NCBI RefSeq assembly: GCF_000022265.1
Contig: NC_011979.1
Location: 390,001 to 422,000, forward strand
DNA length: 32,000 nucleotides
DNA from: Geotalea daltonii FRC-32
GTDB lineage: Bacteria > Desulfobacterota > Desulfuromonadia > Geobacterales > Geobacteraceae
Direction: 5' to 3'
Positions within the stretch are counted from its first letter, which is position 1. Every line of letters starts with the position of its first letter. Below are positions 16,027 through 25,290 of the stretch, piece after piece. Under the pieces are notes generated by a model. The model was not told the origin of the DNA. It worked only from the letters and a program-made list of their open reading frames with translations, and did no database searches. Made by a program: the position numbers and the translations under genes.

Positions 16027-17784
16027 ATGGGAAACAAAGGTGCATACCTCATTGCCATGCTAATTGCCCTGCTTGCCTTTCTGCCGCCGGTTTCGATGGC
16101 GGCAGAGTCGGTGGAAATCGTCGTCACCGGGGTGGAGGATGAGGCGCGGACCAACGTGCAGGAAGCCCTCGCCTTGCCACCGGGAATGGTGCGGGAGGGA
16201 AAGGTCGATCGCCTGTGGCTTGAGCGCTTTGCGCGCCAGGCACCGGACAGGGTGCGCACGGCACTGCAGCCGTTCGGCTATTACAACGCCCAGGTTGAAA
16301 CGAACCTTTCGGAGGAGAGAGGATACTTTCGCCTCATGGCACAGGTTTCTCTGGGGGAGCCTGTGCGTATATCGGCACTGGATGTGGCTCTGACAGGGGC
16401 CGGGGCAGGAGAAGGGCGACTGAAAGACCTTGTGGATGTCTTTCCCCTGGAGAAAGGGGATATATTGCTGCAGCAGCCCTATGACCAGGCCAAGGGGGGG
16501 CTGGAAGCGGCAGCCGAGGAATTAGGCTTCCTGGATGCCCGGTTCACAGCCCACGAGATCCGCATTGATCCTCCCAGAACATCGGCCCGAATCCGGCTCG
16601 TCATGGATACGGGGGAGCGGTATTTCTTCGACGGTGCGACCATCGAAGGTGCACCCGATTATCCCGAGTCCTTCCTGCGCCGCTATCTGAGCTTCAAGTC
16701 GGGGGAGCCTTTTTCCTACAGCCGCCTGGGTCAGACCCAGCTCAACTTCAATAACTCGGAGCGTTTCAAGGAGATCGTTGTTACCCCCCACAAGGAGGAG
16801 GCCGCCAACAATACCATACCCGTTTCGGTGCAGCTGAAACAGGCCTACCGCCGCAGCCTGAGGCCCGGACTCGGCTATGGAACGGATACCGGTGGCCGTT
16901 TCTCCCTCCGTTACCGGGATCTGAACATGCTGCACCGGGGCCACGAATACTATGCCAATCTCTTCATTTCCCAGCGCCTGCAAGGCTTTGCCAGTGGTTA
17001 CGTCATCCCCGACGCCGACGATATCCGTAGCTCCACATCGTTGCAACTGAATCTGCAGCGTGAGGAAACCACTTACGTCAGTCGTCTCGTGGCACTGGAG
17101 CTGGACAAGAACCGCAGTTTCGGCAGGGGGGAGCTTGGAACTGCTTACATCAGACTGCAGCGGGAAAGCTTCACCATCGGCAGCGAAAATTCCAGTTCCA
17201 GGCTGGTCCTGCCCGGCCTGCGTTTCACCAAGGACCATTACGGCGACCTCATCAGGCCGGAGAGGGGCTTCCGTTATTTTTTCGATGTGCGCGGCACCCA
17301 CCAACTGATAGGTTCCGACGTGGGGCTGATCCAGCTGATCACGGAGGGAAGCGATCTGATGCCGCTGCCGTGGCGACTGTCGCTCCACACCAGGGCCAAA
17401 GTTGGCCTTACCCTGCTTAATGATCCCATGGCTGATCTGCCGGCCTCGCTACGCTTTTTTGCCGGCGGCGATCAGAGCGTCCGCGGTTATTCCTACAAAA
17501 GTCTCGGCCCCCGCGATGCCACCGGCGAAGTGGTGGGGGGCAGGCATCTGCTGGTCGGCAGCATCGAGCTGGAGCGCGCCCTGTTCAAGGACTGGGGCCT
17601 CTCGGTGTTTTATGACATCGGCAATGCCTTCAACAGTTTCACTTCCGTCAAACTTTACAGCGGTGCCGGGGTGGGGGTCCATTACTATACCAGGGTCGGC
17701 GTGGTCAATCTGTCCATAGCCCGGCAGTTGGGGGTCGACAATCCTGCCTTCCACATCCATTTCACCATAGGGTTGGAACTGTGA
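16027..17784 (+). CDS. tamA: translocation and assembly module outer-membrane protein TamA (Omp85 family)
   Basis: 585 aa. Signal peptide, POTRA-like N-terminal region (VEIVVTGVEDEARTNVQEAL...) and a C-terminal Omp85 barrel (FFAGGDQSVRGYSY...). Followed by tamB with a 4-nt overlap. Confidence 0.85.
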   Translation: MGNKGAYLIAMLIALLAFLPPVSMAAESVEIVVTGVEDEARTNVQEALALPPGMVREGKVDRLWLERFARQAPDRVRTALQPFGYYNAQVETNLSEERGYFRLMAQVSLGEPVRISALDVALTGAGAGEGRLKDLVDVFPLEKGDILLQQPYDQAKGGLEAAAEELGFLDARFTAHEIRIDPPRTSARIRLVMDTGERYFFDGATIEGAPDYPESFLRRYLSFKSGEPFSYSRLGQTQLNFNNSERFKEIVVTPHKEEAANNTIPVSVQLKQAYRRSLRPGLGYGTDTGGRFSLRYRDLNMLHRGHEYYANLFISQRLQGFASGYVIPDADDIRSSTSLQLNLQREETTYVSRLVALELDKNRSFGRGELGTAYIRLQRESFTIGSENSSSRLVLPGLRFTKDHYGDLIRPERGFRYFFDVRGTHQLIGSDVGLIQLITEGSDLMPLPWRLSLHTRAKVGLTLLNDPMADLPASLRFFAGGDQSVRGYSYKSLGPRDATGEVVGGRHLLVGSIELERALFKDWGLSVFYDIGNAFNSFTSVKLYSGAGVGVHYYTRVGVVNLSIARQLGVDNPAFHIHFTIGLEL

Positions 17785-20700
17785 AACGTGCCATCGCATA
17801 CGGGCTGGCTGTTCTGCTGGCGGTGCTGCTAACTGCGGCCATTGTGGCAATGGGCTGGATTTTTGGCACCACAGCCGGTGCCCGCTGGACACTGCAAAGC
17901 CTTTCACGGTACACCCCGTTGCAGATATCGGCGGCAAGGGTGGAGGGGAGGCTGCTGGATAGCCTGCGGCTTGAGGGGGTAAAGATCCGTAGCGGCCTGA
18001 AACAGGCAACCATTGGCCAGCTGGAGTTCCAGTGGCGACCGGTTTGGCTAGTGACGGGAAGTCTGGTTGTTGATGAGCTGGTGTTAGCTGCCGTAGCTGT
18101 ACGGGATGATACTCCGTCGACCAAAAAGCCGCTGGACCTGAGCTGGCCGCGACTGCCGGGGTTGGCGGACCATGTGGATGCGGAAATCAGAAGCTTGCGG
18201 CTGACGGATTTGCGCTATCGTCATGCGGATGCCGAGCCGGTACAGGTGAAAAACCTTGCAGCAACCATCTCCTGGCGCGATGGCGTTCTATCCCTTCCAT
18301 CAATGACCATGACTACCGATGGGGGAAAGGTTAAGGGGAAAATGGCGGCTGGATTCCATCGGCCGTCACTGGCTATGGATCTGGTGATGACCCCGGCAAA
18401 GCCGGTGGCGCAAATGGACTCATTGTCAGTTTCCGGCCGTCTGCTGCCCGCCACTGCTCCGGAGCAACTGGTGGGGCCGGTTCTTGTTACCGGTCGCGCC
18501 AGGGGTGCTCCACAGCTGGAAATAAAGACCGAGCTGGGCTTGACCCGAAACGCCTTGAACCTGCGCCGGCTGAAGATAATCAGGCCGGGGAGCCGGGGAG
18601 CCATTACCGGTGAAGGAAGCATCAATCTGGCAGCTGTCGAGCCGGAGGTGAAGCTGTCTCTTATCGCTGCTGACCTGGACCTGTCCCGGGAACTGAAGAT
18701 GCCGACCGATCTATCCGGCAGCCTGACACTGACGGGAAGCAGTAAAAGATATCAAGGGCAGTTCAGCATCGGCAATCGGGGGAAAGGGTGGCGGGACGCG
18801 TCCCTTGCCGCAACCTTCCGTGGTGGAGATAAAGGACTCAGCCTGGCGCCCCTCAATGGCTCAATGCTCGGCGGCACTGTGGCTGGTATGCTGGAAGTGG
18901 ACTGGCTTGGCGGCATCACCGCCAAGGGCAGATTGCAGGGGAAAAACCTGGATCCGGCACGGCTGGCCAAGGACTGGACCGGCAACGTCAATTTCAATGC
19001 CGCTGCGGAAGTGGCAGTGCCGAAGCAGGGGAGCCTGCAGGGGAAGGCGGATGTGGTTTTGCTGGAGAGCCGCCTTCATGGACAGCCCCTCAGCGGCAGG
19101 GTCAAGGGGGAGCTTGCCGGGAAAAATCTGCAGATAGCAAATCTGGACCTGCACGGCAGGGGGTTTGATCTGCACGGCTCAGGGGATGTGAGCCGGCGGT
19201 TTGACTTGGCCGCGGTGGTGACCGATCTGTCCAGGCTGGTGCCGGAGACCGCCGGAGAGTTGCGGCTGGCAGGGTGGGGCGTCTGGAAGGATGGCAGCGC
19301 AGCCGGCTCCATCAGCGGCAGTGGTCGTAAACTCAAGGGACGCGGCCTGGGCATCGAAAACGTCAACTTTGAAGGAAGGGTTCCCCAGGGAAAGGACCAG
19401 CCGGTCCACCTTGCCGCTTTCCTGCAGAAGGCGGCGTACCGCCAGTTCCAGGCCGACTCGATCCGGCTGAAAATGGATGGCAGGATTTCCGACCATTTGC
19501 TCAGCCTGGAGATGACCGCCCCGGAGGCGAGTATTAACCTGGCCCTGGCCGGCAGTTACAGCGGTGGGTCATGGCAGGGTACCATCAACCGGTTTTACGG
19601 CCGGGATCGCATCGGCCCGTGGAGACTGCTTGCTCCCACCAGGCTGCAGGCAAGTTCGGCAAAGCTGTCGCTGGCACGGATGGCCCTTGCCGGAACAGGC
19701 CGGGAACGCCTTGAAGCCCGGGCCGAGTTCAGTCCGGGGCCGGTCACTGGAGACGTGGATGTGCAATGGGAGGCGATCAGCCTGAACAGGCTAACCCCAT
19801 GGTTGCAGGGAGTGCAGGTTACGGGACTCAGTAACGGCGCCATGGCCGGTTCCGTCCTCTCCGGCGACCGGCTCTCATTCAACATCAAAGCAGGGGGGCA
19901 GGCAAAGGTAACCAGGGAGGGGCGTACCGTCACTATTGAACGGGCGAACCTCAATGGCGCTGGGAGCGAGAAGGGGATACACCTTGACCTTGATGTGAAG
20001 GCAGCCGAAGGGGTGCAGCTGGAGGCGAAACTTGCCACCGCCGCCCCTGCGAGACTTGCCCTGCCGGAGCAGGGAACCATGGAGCTGAAATGGAGAGTTG
20101 CCGATCTGGCATTACTGCAGCCCTGGATGAAGGGCAACATCAAGGTCGCCGGTGGTCTGGAGGGAGCGGCAAAGGGTAAGTTCCTGCCGGAAAACCGCCT
20201 GGAGATGACTGGCGATGTGACCCTTACCGGAGGCAATCTCCACTGGCAGAAACCGGAAGGAGAGGGAACCATGGCCCTGAAGGATGCCTCCCTCAAGTGG
20301 TCATGGCGTGGTGATACCCTGCGGGGCTCAGTGGGGCTGACCCTGGCGGAGTTCGGCCAAGCGAGGGGCAGTTTCACGTTACCGGTGCCCGCAGCCTTCC
20401 CGGTCTCCCCGGATCCCCATGGTGCGGTCTCGGCGGCCCTCTCCGGCCGGGTCCAGGAACAGGGGGTATTGTCCGCGTTCATGCCAGGTCTGGTCCAGGA
20501 AACCCATGGGCAGGTGGATGTGGATCTTGGAGTCGGCGGAGTTTGGCAGGAGCCGAGGCTCCATGGCAAACTGCAGCTTTCCCAAGCCGGCGCCTACCTG
20601 CCCGCAGCCGGCATCACCCTGAGGGATGTGACGCTGTCGGCCAATCTGGACAAGGACCAGGTGGGGATAACCCTTAGTGCAATATCAGGCCCCGGTCGGC

Positions 20701-21767
20701 TCAAAGGAGAGGGGGTGGCCCTTTTGAAAGGGTGGCAGCTGGACAGCTATCGGGGGATCATCACCGGCGACCGCTTTCAACTCATTCATCTGCCGGAACT
20801 GGAGGCTTCAGGTTCGCCACAGCTATCCTTCGATGGCACCCTGAAAAAACTGGCGGTGCGCGGCGAGGTGCGCCTGCCGGTACTTCTTATTCACGGGCAG
20901 CCTCCCCGTGCCGGCATCCAGCCTAGCAATGACGTGATCCTGGAAGGGGCGCCGGCAGAGAAAAAAGCGCCGCCACTGGCACTGGATATTCAGGTCCGGG
21001 TCACCCTCGGAGACCGGGTGCTGGTCAAGGCGGAGGGAATCGATGCGCAGATGGGGGGAAGCATGGACCTTACCCTTGCCAGCTTGGACAACATCAGCAG
21101 CAAGGGGGAGATCAAAGTTGTCAAGGGGCGCTACAAGGCCTACGGCCTTGATCTGGCCATCGCCCGTGGGCGGGTTTTCTATGCCGGCGGACCAGTCAAT
21201 GAACCGCTGCTGGATATCCTGGCCCTGCGTACGGTCGGAGAGGTGCGTGCCGGGGTTACGGTTAGCGGCACTCCGCGGACGCCGGTGATAAAGCTCTATT
21301 CGGTCCCGGCGATGCCGGATATGGATATCCTTGCCTACATGGTACTGGGCCACCCTCTGGGTGCCAGCAGCGAACAGGCGGGTCTCATGGCCCAGGCGGC
21401 GGGGCTGCTTCTATCCACCGGGCAGTCGGTGGTGCTCCAGGACCAGATCAAGAACCGGCTCGGCCTCAGCACCATCGAGATCGAGAGCGGCAAGCAGGAC
21501 GCGGCAGAAAAGATGGGCTACAAGCAAATTCCGGTCACCCCCAGCGGCGTCGCACCTGCCAAACAGGCCGATGCCGGTGTCTCCCAATCGATCCTCACCC
21601 TCGGCAAATACCTGACGCCACAACTTTATATCAGTTACGGCCGCTCCCTTTTTACCGGCGCGAACCTGTTCCGTCTCCGTTACGATATCTCAAGGCGGCT
21701 GCAGCTGGAGACGGAAACCGGCAGTGAGAGCGGCGTCGACCTCTACTACAAGATGAACTTCAATTAG
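17781..21767 (+). CDS. tamB: translocation and assembly module protein TamB (DUF490)
   Basis: 1328 aa. N-terminal anchor MKRAIAYGLAVLLAVLLTAAIVAMGW, a long beta-rich body, and a DUF490-like C-terminus (...LGKYLTPQLYISYGRSLF...LRYDISRRLQLETE...). The GTG start overlaps the tamA stop. Confidence 0.85.
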   Translation: MKRAIAYGLAVLLAVLLTAAIVAMGWIFGTTAGARWTLQSLSRYTPLQISAARVEGRLLDSLRLEGVKIRSGLKQATIGQLEFQWRPVWLVTGSLVVDELVLAAVAVRDDTPSTKKPLDLSWPRLPGLADHVDAEIRSLRLTDLRYRHADAEPVQVKNLAATISWRDGVLSLPSMTMTTDGGKVKGKMAAGFHRPSLAMDLVMTPAKPVAQMDSLSVSGRLLPATAPEQLVGPVLVTGRARGAPQLEIKTELGLTRNALNLRRLKIIRPGSRGAITGEGSINLAAVEPEVKLSLIAADLDLSRELKMPTDLSGSLTLTGSSKRYQGQFSIGNRGKGWRDASLAATFRGGDKGLSLAPLNGSMLGGTVAGMLEVDWLGGITAKGRLQGKNLDPARLAKDWTGNVNFNAAAEVAVPKQGSLQGKADVVLLESRLHGQPLSGRVKGELAGKNLQIANLDLHGRGFDLHGSGDVSRRFDLAAVVTDLSRLVPETAGELRLAGWGVWKDGSAAGSISGSGRKLKGRGLGIENVNFEGRVPQGKDQPVHLAAFLQKAAYRQFQADSIRLKMDGRISDHLLSLEMTAPEASINLALAGSYSGGSWQGTINRFYGRDRIGPWRLLAPTRLQASSAKLSLARMALAGTGRERLEARAEFSPGPVTGDVDVQWEAISLNRLTPWLQGVQVTGLSNGAMAGSVLSGDRLSFNIKAGGQAKVTREGRTVTIERANLNGAGSEKGIHLDLDVKAAEGVQLEAKLATAAPARLALPEQGTMELKWRVADLALLQPWMKGNIKVAGGLEGAAKGKFLPENRLEMTGDVTLTGGNLHWQKPEGEGTMALKDASLKWSWRGDTLRGSVGLTLAEFGQARGSFTLPVPAAFPVSPDPHGAVSAALSGRVQEQGVLSAFMPGLVQETHGQVDVDLGVGGVWQEPRLHGKLQLSQAGAYLPAAGITLRDVTLSANLDKDQVGITLSAISGPGRLKGEGVALLKGWQLDSYRGIITGDRFQLIHLPELEASGSPQLSFDGTLKKLAVRGEVRLPVLLIHGQPPRAGIQPSNDVILEGAPAEKKAPPLALDIQVRVTLGDRVLVKAEGIDAQMGGSMDLTLASLDNISSKGEIKVVKGRYKAYGLDLAIARGRVFYAGGPVNEPLLDILALRTVGEVRAGVTVSGTPRTPVIKLYSVPAMPDMDILAYMVLGHPLGASSEQAGLMAQAAGLLLSTGQSVVLQDQIKNRLGLSTIEIESGKQDAAEKMGYKQIPVTPSGVAPAKQADAGVSQSILTLGKYLTPQLYISYGRSLFTGANLFRLRYDISRRLQLETETGSESGVDLYYKMNFN

Positions 21768-22291
21768 ATTTTTGCCATGCGCCGGCCGAATTGATCCACC
21801 TTTTCCCAGTCGGTGAACTCAATGACAGTCTTGGGATCGGTCGGCCCCTTGGTCATCCACATGATCAGCCTGATCATGAAACGATCGAAGGGAGTATAAC
21901 TGGGGTAATCGATCTTGCCGGCGAAGACCGCAAGTTCCCTGGGCTTCCAGGAAATACGTCGGAGAAATTTTTGCAAGTAGGGGTTTTTTTCGGGGATGTT
22001 CTTCTCCGGCTTGCGGGCCACGACGTTGACGGAGAAAAAGGCGTTGGGCTTGCTCTCCAGGAGGGTGCGGTTCTTCTCGATGAAGCGGGTGATGAGCGGG
22101 CTGTGCTTGCCATAGCGGATGCTGGCGCCGATGACGATTTTATCGTAGGAGGCAAGGTCGATCCGGTCCGCATCCTCAACGGGTACCATGGCCACCTGAT
22201 GCCCCTGCTGCTCCACAACCTGCTGCAGCCTGTGGCATATTTTCCTGGTCTGGCCGTCGGTGGTTGAATAGACAATGAGGAATTTTGCCAT
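21764..22291 (-). CDS. hemG: menaquinone-dependent protoporphyrinogen IX dehydrogenase HemG (flavodoxin-like)
   Basis: MAKFLIVYSTTDGQTRKICHRL...VIGASIRYGKH...FFSVNVVARKPEK...YDRFMIRLIMWMTKGPTD...TDWEKV closely follows E. coli HemG. The start was trimmed from 22501 to the ATG at 22291. Its stop overlaps the convergent tamB stop. Confidence 0.85.
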   Translation of the reverse strand: MAKFLIVYSTTDGQTRKICHRLQQVVEQQGHQVAMVPVEDADRIDLASYDKIVIGASIRYGKHSPLITRFIEKNRTLLESKPNAFFSVNVVARKPEKNIPEKNPYLQKFLRRISWKPRELAVFAGKIDYPSYTPFDRFMIRLIMWMTKGPTDPKTVIEFTDWEKVDQFGRRMAKI

Positions 22292-22344
22292 GGGTATCAT
22301 CCTTTCTATTGTTGTTCCGGGAGTGTTCAAGAGGGCCGGAAGGG

Positions 22345-23028
22345 TCAATACTTGACCGGTCCCCAGACGAAGCGGCCGGAATGATCGATGTATCCCTTTT
22401 TCCCGTCGATTTCCACCAGCGCCAGTCCGTCGACGAAGGCATCGGCGTTTTCGAAGGCAGGCTGGATGGCGATTTTTCCGCTCTTGCCCACATAGCCCCA
22501 TTTGCCGTCAGACTTGATCCTCGCCAGCCCTTCGGTAAAATCGTCCACATCCTTGTATTGAGCGGGAACGACCTTCCTTCCGGCTTTGTCGACAAAGCCC
22601 CAGCGGCCATCGATCTTCACTTTTGCCATGCCGTCCCTGAAATTACCCGCATCTTCGAATTCAAGGGGAATTTTTACCTTGCCGCCATGGTCCACAAAGC
22701 CCCACTTCTTTTTGCTCCTCACCTTGGCCAACCCTTCGGAAAACTCGTCGTTGTCGTCATAGACCGGTGAAACGACCACCTTGCCGCTCCTGTCCATGAA
22801 GCCCCACAGGTCATTTACCTGGACCCGGGTCAGCCCCTCGATGAAACCGCCACGCACGTCATCGAACCTTGGAGCGATAACCTCTTTGCCCTGGTGGTTG
22901 ATAAAGCCGATTTTGCCGTCCCGCTTGATTTCGTAAAGGACAGCTCCCTGCTTCTTCTGCTGACCGCCAAAGGCGGGCAGCGCCAGGGAAAGCACGAGAC
23001 AGGCAAGAGAGAAGATCAGTCGTTTCAT
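22345..23028 (-). CDS. WG-repeat (KWG) containing secreted protein
   Basis: Signal peptide MKRLIFSLACLVLSLALPAFG, then about six repeats of the form K/R-WGF-V/I-D-x-x-GK-x-V-I-x-P-x-F/Y-D/E-D. AGGAGG RBS. Confidence 0.8.
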   Translation of the reverse strand: MKRLIFSLACLVLSLALPAFGGQQKKQGAVLYEIKRDGKIGFINHQGKEVIAPRFDDVRGGFIEGLTRVQVNDLWGFMDRSGKVVVSPVYDDNDEFSEGLAKVRSKKKWGFVDHGGKVKIPLEFEDAGNFRDGMAKVKIDGRWGFVDKAGRKVVPAQYKDVDDFTEGLARIKSDGKWGYVGKSGKIAIQPAFENADAFVDGLALVEIDGKKGYIDHSGRFVWGPVKY

Positions 23029-23281
23029 GGGTGGACCTCCTGGATGAATTAAGTCTATTCTGGTTACTTTGTCAGCGATTAACGGGGCTGCGCTTGACCT
23101 GCGGGCGGTTTTATCGCCCGGTCACTGTCTGAGCGCGTGTTGGGCATTATATGCTCTCCGGATGGTTGGCGACTCCTTTATAATACTTTTATTTTTATAA
23201 CATGTATGATATATTTGAGTCTTGGTTTTTCGACTTTAATATTACAACGAAGCTGTCGAGGCCGAGCTTGATGCTTGGCCT

Positions 23282-23554
23282 GTGGGCTTGCGTGCGCGCT
23301 TCCGAGCTTTGACCATACGCATGGAAGAATACGGCCCAAATCTGGGAATGCCCCATACACGGGCGCTTGGCAATGGTCTTTTTGAAATCCGCGCCAAAGC
23401 GGAAGAAGGAATCGGAAGAGCATTTTTCTGCACCATGGTTGGGAGAAAGATCATAATTCTACACAGCTTCATCAAAAAGACGGACAAGACACCAAAACGG
23501 GAACTCGGTGTAGCGCTTGCTCGTCAGAAGGAGGTAATCAATCATGAGCTATAA
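23282..23554 (+). CDS. type II toxin, RelE/ParE superfamily, Gp49 (DUF891)/HigB-like; N-terminally shortened by an in-frame TAA (possible pseudogene)
   Basis: ...EEYGPNLGMPHTRALGNGLFEIRAKAEEGIGRAFFCTMVGRKIIILHSFIKKTDKTPKRELGVA matches the Gp49-like toxin pattern. The only in-frame start after the TAA at 23237-23239 is GTG at 23282. Family-like residues (YYNEAVEAELDAWP) continue upstream of that GTG. Confidence 0.65.
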   Translation: MGLRARFRALTIRMEEYGPNLGMPHTRALGNGLFEIRAKAEEGIGRAFFCTMVGRKIIILHSFIKKTDKTPKRELGVALARQKEVINHEL

Positions 23555-23858
23555 ACCGGTTTCGTACCACCCCAAGAAAGAATTGGAGAAAGATCTTCAA
23601 GACCCCAATTTCAAACAGGCATGGGATGCCTTGGATGATGAATTTGCAGCCTTGGATGCCCTGCTGGCGGCACGCAAGCAGGCGGGACTTACCCAAGAGC
23701 AGGTGGCCGCTAAAATGGGTGTTTCACAGCCATCGTTGGCGAGGGTTGAGGCTTCGCTCGGTTCTCACCGCCATTCCCCATCTCTGGAGATGCTTCGCAA
23801 GTATGCAGCCGCTGTTAACTGTAAACTTGAGATAAAACTGGTACCACAGCGTTCATGA
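23544..23858 (+). CDS. XRE-family helix-turn-helix antitoxin (HigA-like)
   Basis: 104 aa. HTH segment LTQEQVAAKMGVSQPSLARVE. It overlaps the toxin gene by 11 nt, and the order is toxin first (HigBA-type). Confidence 0.8.
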   Translation: MSYKPVSYHPKKELEKDLQDPNFKQAWDALDDEFAALDALLAARKQAGLTQEQVAAKMGVSQPSLARVEASLGSHRHSPSLEMLRKYAAAVNCKLEIKLVPQRS

Positions 23859-23882
23859 CCTAACCAGGTTTCTTACGAGGAA

Positions 23883-23900
23883 GCCGCCTTTTAAGGCGGC
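23883..23900. terminator. short GC hairpin between convergent higA-like and purH-like genes
   Basis: GCCGCC-TTTTAA-GGCGGC. There are no strong U-tracts on either side. Confidence 0.35.
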
Positions 23901-23930
23901 CTGCATAGCGGAAAAGGGGTCAGCCCGGTC

Positions 23931-25097
23931 TCAATGCAGGAACAGCCGCAGTCCCGTATGCAGCATGGTCATGTCGTACTGTTTTGCCGCTTCGGTAACC
24001 TCTTCATCACGCAGGGAGCTTCCTGCATGCGCCACGAACTGCACGTTGCTTCTGTTCGCTCGGTCGATGTTGTCACGGAACGGGATGTAGGCATCGGAAG
24101 AGAGGCAGATACCCGGAAACTGTTTCACCCATTCCAGCCGTTCCTGTGCGCTGATCGGATCAGGTTCTTTCATGAACCCCGTACGCATCTGCTTCTTTTC
24201 CGCTTCCGATAGTTGATCCCACAGGAGGAATTGATCCACGATATTTGCCTTGTCCGGTTTCTTCAACCCTTCTCTGAATGCCAGATTGAGCGTCTTCGGG
24301 TGCTGTTGCAACAGCCACTTGTCGGCCTTGTCACAGGCGAGGCGGGTGCAGTGGACTCTGGATTGTTGACCGGCACCCATACCGATTACCTGCCCCTCGT
24401 AGGCAAGACAGACGGAGTTGGACTGCGTAAATTTCAGGGCAATTGTCGCCACAATGAGCGTTTCCGTAATATCAGGCGAAACCGACTTGCCGATTGTCAC
24501 GCTGTTTTGGAACAGAGCTGCTGAAACCGGGGCGGTATTCCGTTTTTGCTGAAGCCCGAAGCCGAAAACCTCGCGCTGTTCAATTTCGGCAGGTTCGTAG
24601 TCAGGGTCGATCTGAAGGATAAGATACGTGCCCTGCTTTTTGGCTTTGAGTATTTCCAGGGCAGCCGGTTCGAAGCCCGGTGCGATGATGAGGTCAGATA
24701 CCTCGCTTTTCAGGACGTTTGCCAGGGATACGTCAACAATGTCACTGACGGCGGCCACGTCGCCAAAGGAACACATCCGGTCTCCCCCTCTGGCTCTGAC
24801 GTAGGCGGTGGCGACCGGTGAAAGATCGCTCTGCGACAGGAATTGCGATGCGCAGTATGAATCCGGAAGAGCCCCGGCAACGGCAGCTCCGGCGGGGCTG
24901 GTGTGTTTGAATGAGGCGGCACCCGGCTTGCTGGTGGCAATTTTGAGTTCACGGGCAAGTTGCCATGCACCGAGGGCGTCGAGGATATTGATGTAGCTCG
25001 GTGTGCCGTTCAGAACCTGAAAGCCGGAATTTTCGGGAATGATCAGGTTTGCTGGTGTTTGATGGGAGTTGCAGCCGTATTTGAGTTTGATTTCCAT
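23931..25097 (-). CDS. stand-alone AICAR transformylase domain protein (PurH C-terminal domain homolog lacking the IMP cyclohydrolase/MGS domain)
   Basis: 388 aa. Blocks KLKYGCNSHQ, SFKHTSPAGAAV, LIIAPGFEPAALEILKAKK, IGMGAGQQSRVHCTRLA and SSDAYIPFRDNIDRA...FVAHAGSSLRDEEVTEAA...TMLHTGLRLFLH parallel the AICARFT half of bifunctional PurH. AAGGA RBS. Confidence 0.8.
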   Translation of the reverse strand: MEIKLKYGCNSHQTPANLIIPENSGFQVLNGTPSYINILDALGAWQLARELKIATSKPGAASFKHTSPAGAAVAGALPDSYCASQFLSQSDLSPVATAYVRARGGDRMCSFGDVAAVSDIVDVSLANVLKSEVSDLIIAPGFEPAALEILKAKKQGTYLILQIDPDYEPAEIEQREVFGFGLQQKRNTAPVSAALFQNSVTIGKSVSPDITETLIVATIALKFTQSNSVCLAYEGQVIGMGAGQQSRVHCTRLACDKADKWLLQQHPKTLNLAFREGLKKPDKANIVDQFLLWDQLSEAEKKQMRTGFMKEPDPISAQERLEWVKQFPGICLSSDAYIPFRDNIDRANRSNVQFVAHAGSSLRDEEVTEAAKQYDMTMLHTGLRLFLH

Positions 25098-25136
25098 ATG
25101 TTCGTCCTTTCAACTAGTTATTGACCGGTTAGAGCA

Positions 25137-25284
25137 GGTTCCTTATATAGGAACCCGCTTGCCTGTATAGGTGATTTGATCCTCATATAGGGAACTAGAG
25201 TGGTTCCTTATATAGGCCATTTTTAAACAAATTTTGCTTATCCGTGGGCTCCTTATATGGGTAATTTCTTGCCTGTATAAGGAG
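25137..25284 (-). promoter_or_regulatory. array of six TATA-centred CCT-N4/5-RGG boxes, including a 19-bp palindrome and a duplicated 35-bp promoter-like module, upstream of the purH-like gene
   Basis: GGTTCCTTATATAGGAACC (25137-25155), CCTGTATAGG (25162-25171), CCTCATATAGGGAAC (25181-25195), GGTTCCTTATATAGG (25202-25216), CTCCTTATATGGG (25249-25261) and CCTGTATAAGG (25272-25282). On the minus strand two modules read TATACAGGCAAG-N-ATATAAGGA, that is TATACA-N16-TATAAG. Confidence 0.5.
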
Positions 25285-25290
25285 CTTCCT

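Noticed and set aside
23179-23184. TATAAT hexamer as the toxin-antitoxin promoter -10.
   Set aside because: No acceptable -35 sits at 16-18 nt, and the whole 23178-23250 stretch is so AT-rich that many equally good hexamers occur. The promoter is probably here but cannot be pinned down.
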